A stretch of DNA of 50,845 bases from Oscillibacter sp. GTDB taxonomy: Bacteria; Bacteroidota; Bacteroidia; Bacteroidales; Bacteroidaceae. A program made the position numbers and the translations under genes. The first letter of the stretch is position 1, and every line of letters begins with the position of its first letter. The stretch lies in NCBI GenBank assembly GCA_963594595.1, contig CAVBFA010000002.1, positions 1 through 50,845 on the forward strand, in the 5' to 3' direction. A model generated the notes under the pieces. That model was not told the DNA's origin and ran no database searches. It saw only the letters and a program-made list of their open reading frames with translations. Below are positions 47,243 through 50,845 of this stretch, one piece after another.

Positions 47243-48178
47243 GTGTTGTTCACAATATCAGAAGAAGAAGGAGCAGAGATGTATCTTGGAAATACACCAA
47301 TAGAAGTTGATTTGAGTACAGCGATATATATGTTACAGCAGAAAGACAATATGCCAGAAGGGATGGCTTGGGGTAACTATTTCCCTGCTGTTATCAATCA
47401 TACCAGTTCTGTCATAGCACGCAAACATCCTGATTTCCATGCAGCAAAACATGGAGATTATGATGCAGCGTTACGCTTGGTCAACGACTTGGTTAAGGAT
47501 GACAAAGTTGGCTATATTGCAAGATGCTATCCCAACGCCCATATAGCTTATAATCACAAGATGCAAGACAGTAAGGTCAATATGATACCGGCTGCTTACG
47601 CTGCAAAATTCTTGGCAATAGGGATGGATGTAGAACATAATATCATTGCGGTCACAGACGTCTCCCATACCAATGCTTCTGACATATCAAGGATTAGCAA
47701 ACGTGTACGTTTTGAAGGTGAGGTCAAGAAAGGGGTAGACTATATCCTCTTGGATGATTTTATTACATCGGGTGCCGAACTTCGGGATATGAGGGACTAC
47801 ATACAAAGCAAGGGTGGTAATGTGGTGATGATGACCACATTCGGACATGGCAGTTTCGGCAAACTCAAAGATATAAGAATAGACAACAGCCTTATCGAAA
47901 GACTAAAGGCATCGGGTATTACAGACCAAGATTTAAGAAAATATGGAATTGCATCAGAAATCAGGTGTCTTACCATCGGAGAAGCGGCAAAACTCTCCAG
48001 AATGGTTAACGCCAAAGCAAAAACAACAGTTGCACAACTCTGCGCAAGAGTTCAACGAACACACCAAGAATGCCCCAATCTGCCAGCAATGGAGACAGAA
48101 GTTCCAAGAAATGGGGTTCAAGGTGTCAAAACTAAAGAGATAACAGAAGAAAGTAAAACAATCAAATTCAAATTATGA
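47243..48178 (+). CDS. Type I phosphoribosyltransferase-fold protein
   Basis: PRPP-binding loop YILLDDFITSGAEL; AAKHGDYDAA and NMIP motifs; exact start uncertain. Confidence 0.8.
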   Translation: MLFTISEEEGAEMYLGNTPIEVDLSTAIYMLQQKDNMPEGMAWGNYFPAVINHTSSVIARKHPDFHAAKHGDYDAALRLVNDLVKDDKVGYIARCYPNAHIAYNHKMQDSKVNMIPAAYAAKFLAIGMDVEHNIIAVTDVSHTNASDISRISKRVRFEGEVKKGVDYILLDDFITSGAELRDMRDYIQSKGGNVVMMTTFGHGSFGKLKDIRIDNSLIERLKASGITDQDLRKYGIASEIRCLTIGEAAKLSRMVNAKAKTTVAQLCARVQRTHQECPNLPAMETEVPRNGVQGVKTKEITEESKTIKFKL

Positions 48179-49443
48179 AGAAGTATGTATTCATGTTTCT
48201 GCTCAGCCTGACATCTATGGTGTCTATGGCAAGAGACAGTATTGTAACGGCACAGCAACGATGCCAAATTGAAGCAAGGGACAAAGCCGAGTTACTTGTT
48301 CCTTTAACTCCATCTTACCTTGACGGTATAACATCAACTACTGGTTGGGATAACAATTGGTTCGTGGAAGCAAAAGGAGGGACCTCCGCTTTCATCGGCA
48401 CTCCTAAAGGGTGTGGAGACCTTTTCGACCGTGTTATGCCGGTGTTGCAAATCGGTGTTGGTAAGTGGTTCACTCCTGCCGTCGGTGGCAGAATTGGTTA
48501 TCAAGGGATTAAATTCAAGAACGCAAACTTACAATCTATGAAGTACCAGTTCGTTCATGCAGACTTCATGTATAATCTCACGCACAACCTGCAGTGCAAC
48601 GAGTATGGTTTGTCGAAATTTGATGTAATTCCTTACGTCGGTGTCGGTATGATACGCAACTCTTCAAACACTCCTGGTTATTTTCTAACGGACAATGCTC
48701 CTTCCGGCAACCATCCGTTTGCTTTCAGCTATGGTGTTGAGTTTCGTTATCTCCTTGCCGACCGTCTTCATCTTGTCAGTGAAGTCAGTGGTATGACAAC
48801 AATGAAAAGCTTCGATTGTGTCGGTACTTCAAGCAGATTTGGTGACCACATGGTCAGTGCCTCTGTCGGTTTGTCGTACACCATAGGCAAGAGGGGATGG
48901 AAAAAAGTCGTTGATGCACGTCCGTACATCAACCAAAACAACTATCTTCTGAAGAGATATTCGGAACACTCACAGCAAGCTAATGGCAACAACAATAAAG
49001 AAGCACAATCCACCGACAAGAACAACTATAGTGGTCTTAACTCCCTCCGTTATAGAATGTCGTTAGGAAATGAGAACAATGATAGTTCTTCGGATAGCCT
49101 GTCACAGAACACTAAAGTAACCATAGGTGTTCCCATTTACTTCTATTTCAAGTTGAACACAGCAAAATTGGTGGACAAAACACAGTTGGTCAATCTTGAT
49201 GAGATTGCAAAGATTGCAAAAGAACAAAACCTAACCATTCATATATCGGGAGCAGCTGACAAAGCAACTGGCTCAGATAAGCGAAATCGTCTTCTGAGTA
49301 TTGAAAGAGCCAAGTACATCTGTAAACAATTGATGAAACGAGGGGTTGATAAAGATGCCATGAAAGCTACAAGTTTAGGTGGCATTGAGCAGTTCTTACC
49401 AAAAGAAGCCAATAGATTTGGAGTGGTATTATTGACTCAATAG
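48175..49443 (+). CDS. OmpA-family outer membrane protein
   Basis: Signal peptide, beta-barrel (GKWFTPAVGGR, IPYVGVG), C-terminal GAADKATGS..NRLLSIERA...ANR peptidoglycan-binding domain. Confidence 0.9.
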   Translation: MKKYVFMFLLSLTSMVSMARDSIVTAQQRCQIEARDKAELLVPLTPSYLDGITSTTGWDNNWFVEAKGGTSAFIGTPKGCGDLFDRVMPVLQIGVGKWFTPAVGGRIGYQGIKFKNANLQSMKYQFVHADFMYNLTHNLQCNEYGLSKFDVIPYVGVGMIRNSSNTPGYFLTDNAPSGNHPFAFSYGVEFRYLLADRLHLVSEVSGMTTMKSFDCVGTSSRFGDHMVSASVGLSYTIGKRGWKKVVDARPYINQNNYLLKRYSEHSQQANGNNNKEAQSTDKNNYSGLNSLRYRMSLGNENNDSSSDSLSQNTKVTIGVPIYFYFKLNTAKLVDKTQLVNLDEIAKIAKEQNLTIHISGAADKATGSDKRNRLLSIERAKYICKQLMKRGVDKDAMKATSLGGIEQFLPKEANRFGVVLLTQ

Positions 49444-49470
49444 AACTAACTTTTTCTATTTCCTAAAATC

Positions 49471-49510
49471 AGACCTGTCTGCTATTATAATTATAGCATT
49501 CAGGTTTTTT
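49471..49510 (+). terminator. Intrinsic terminator of the second operon
   Basis: ACCTG...TGCTA/TAGCA...CAGGT stem followed by T-run. Confidence 0.7.
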
Positions 49511-49627
49511 GTGTCTATAGAATCAAGATTTATGGCTTAATGTAGAAAATAATTCTTCAAACAGGAAAATATTTATCGTATTAGGCAATTTCCAATATAA
49601 AAGCCTTACCTTTGTAATCAAAATATT

Positions 49628-50659
49628 CTAAAATACTATAGTAATGGCTGACAATTGTGCCTTGCGCTCCTGCAAACTCTTCTTATCACCAAAGATAAAT
49701 TCGGTGCCTTTCTTTTCTGCATTGACTTGAAGCGTGGCATCAAAAGACTTGCCACTCTTCGAGGTCATACCCTCTACTTTCACAGCCTTGCCCTCAAGGA
49801 GGTCTTTGTACTGCAGGTCTGAGAGGGTGACGCCTTTTATTTCCTTGGGGATAGACACTCTGTCGGCACGCAAAGCGATAACTTCATTCGTCTGTGGGTC
49901 AATGGAAACATAGGCAGAGAAAGGCTCGCCGTTTTTGGGCGTTACTTCGATGGTTTTACCCAAATTTCCCGTTGCCAAAAGGATTTCCTTTTCCTCATTC
50001 GAAAACTTGTGTCCCATATAGGGAAAGTCGAGTTGCGGTTCTTTTCTTAGGGAATGGACGGCTATGGAGATTTTTCCCTCTTCGTCTGTCCGGAATGCAA
50101 GGCGTGCTTCGGTGTGGATGGTGGTTTCTCCTACGGGAATGGCAATCGGCAAAAGATTGGTTTTCTGCCAATTGAGCATTTTGTCGAGTTCGCCGTTCTG
50201 TTCGAGTTTTTCTTTGGAAAGTCCTAAGGTTTCAAGCATCTTCCAGTCCACGCGTTCGGGATTGATGGCTGTGGCATTTTTCTGCTGAGGAAGGTAATCT
50301 TCGAAATCGAGCTGAATGTCTTTTATCTTCTGCTGATTGTCGGGATTTTGCTTGTTTTGCAACATAGTTTTGAGATTCGCCACGCCTTGTTCCACATTGT
50401 CAGCAAGCACCTTATACAAGCCAAAACGCTTGGGTTCGTTGAACTGTTTGAGGAAATTCTTCATGAAGTTCTTCAAGAGTCCATCTCTACTATTGAATTT
50501 GAAGAAGTCGCCTTGGTTGGCTTCTTCGGCAGGGGATATCTTGAGTTTCCCCTTTTCATCGATGTTTGAAACTACGGAAAGTTTACCTACTTCCGCCTCG
50601 TTTTTGACCTCCGTGCGGTCTTCCAAGACCAGCACATAATTATTGTTGTTCGATTCCAT
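49628..50659 (-). pseudogene. DUF3945/DUF4099 conjugative-transposon protein, probably C-terminally truncated
   Basis: LKNFMKNF, VDWKMLETLGLS, LLATGNLG, YVSIDPQTNE, GKSFDATLQVNAEKKG motifs; ends abruptly in AT-rich sequence (…AITIVF). Confidence 0.65.
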
Positions 50660-50845
50660 AATGGTTTGTTGTTGAATGGATAATAGTTTTGACGACAAAG
50701 ATATCATCTTACGTCTGCACGGCTGGAATTTAGGGGTTTATGAAGGAAAACAAAAGAAAAATGAAGATTTCTGCGGAAATCTTTGTTCGAATCAGAAGTT
50801 CTTTGCATATTTGCAACCTAACATGTTCGTTATACAAGATTATAT

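Larger units (their letters stand above)
1..49510. mobile_element. Bacteroidales conjugative element backbone (ICE or conjugative plasmid); boundaries not defined
   Basis: Contiguous Bacteroidota tra operon with VirB4 and coupling ATPases, primases, ParA, ArdC, SSB-like genes; no housekeeping genes. Relaxase and integrase not in window, so ICE vs plasmid is unresolved. Confidence 0.88.

Noticed and set aside
225..50639. Numerous 60-210 aa antisense/alternate-frame ORFs
   Set aside because: Shadows of well-supported genes with no recognisable motifs; only 39784-39996 was kept, as the frameshift extension.

Overview
The window is almost entirely the backbone of a large Bacteroidales conjugative element (ICE or conjugative plasmid; Prevotellaceae-like by inference from gene families and TAnnTTTG promoter elements). 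Left to right: three small leftward genes behind a ~180-nt imperfect hairpin with the architecture of an ssDNA (Frpo-like) promoter; a Septu-like ATPase+HNH defence pair co-oriented with an XRE repressor; a divergent Cro-like gene, primase-helicase and ParA/RHH partition pair; a Bacteroidota-type T4SS operon (pilin-like DUF4134 genes, traF/G/J/K/L/M/N/O, coupling protein); an ImmA/IrrE + PIN (DUF4411) cassette; two leftward peptidoglycan hydrolases plus an unlisted 47-aa membrane ORF; and an ~18.6-kb second operon where at least eight signal-peptide-less proteins (Toprim, two ArdC, GH73+M23 hydrolase, membrane-insertion-like proteins) end in Arg/His-rich tails resembling T4SS translocation signals. 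That operon also holds an A10 / A-AAA-AAG slippery site that would fuse an M23 gene to a start-less -1 frame ORF. Two recurrent palindromic motifs mark the main promoters. The right end is a truncated DUF3945-family gene at an apparent deletion junction. No relaxase, integrase, reverse transcriptase, tRNA/rRNA or CRISPR array was recognised. All family assignments are from motif recognition by eye, not database searches.
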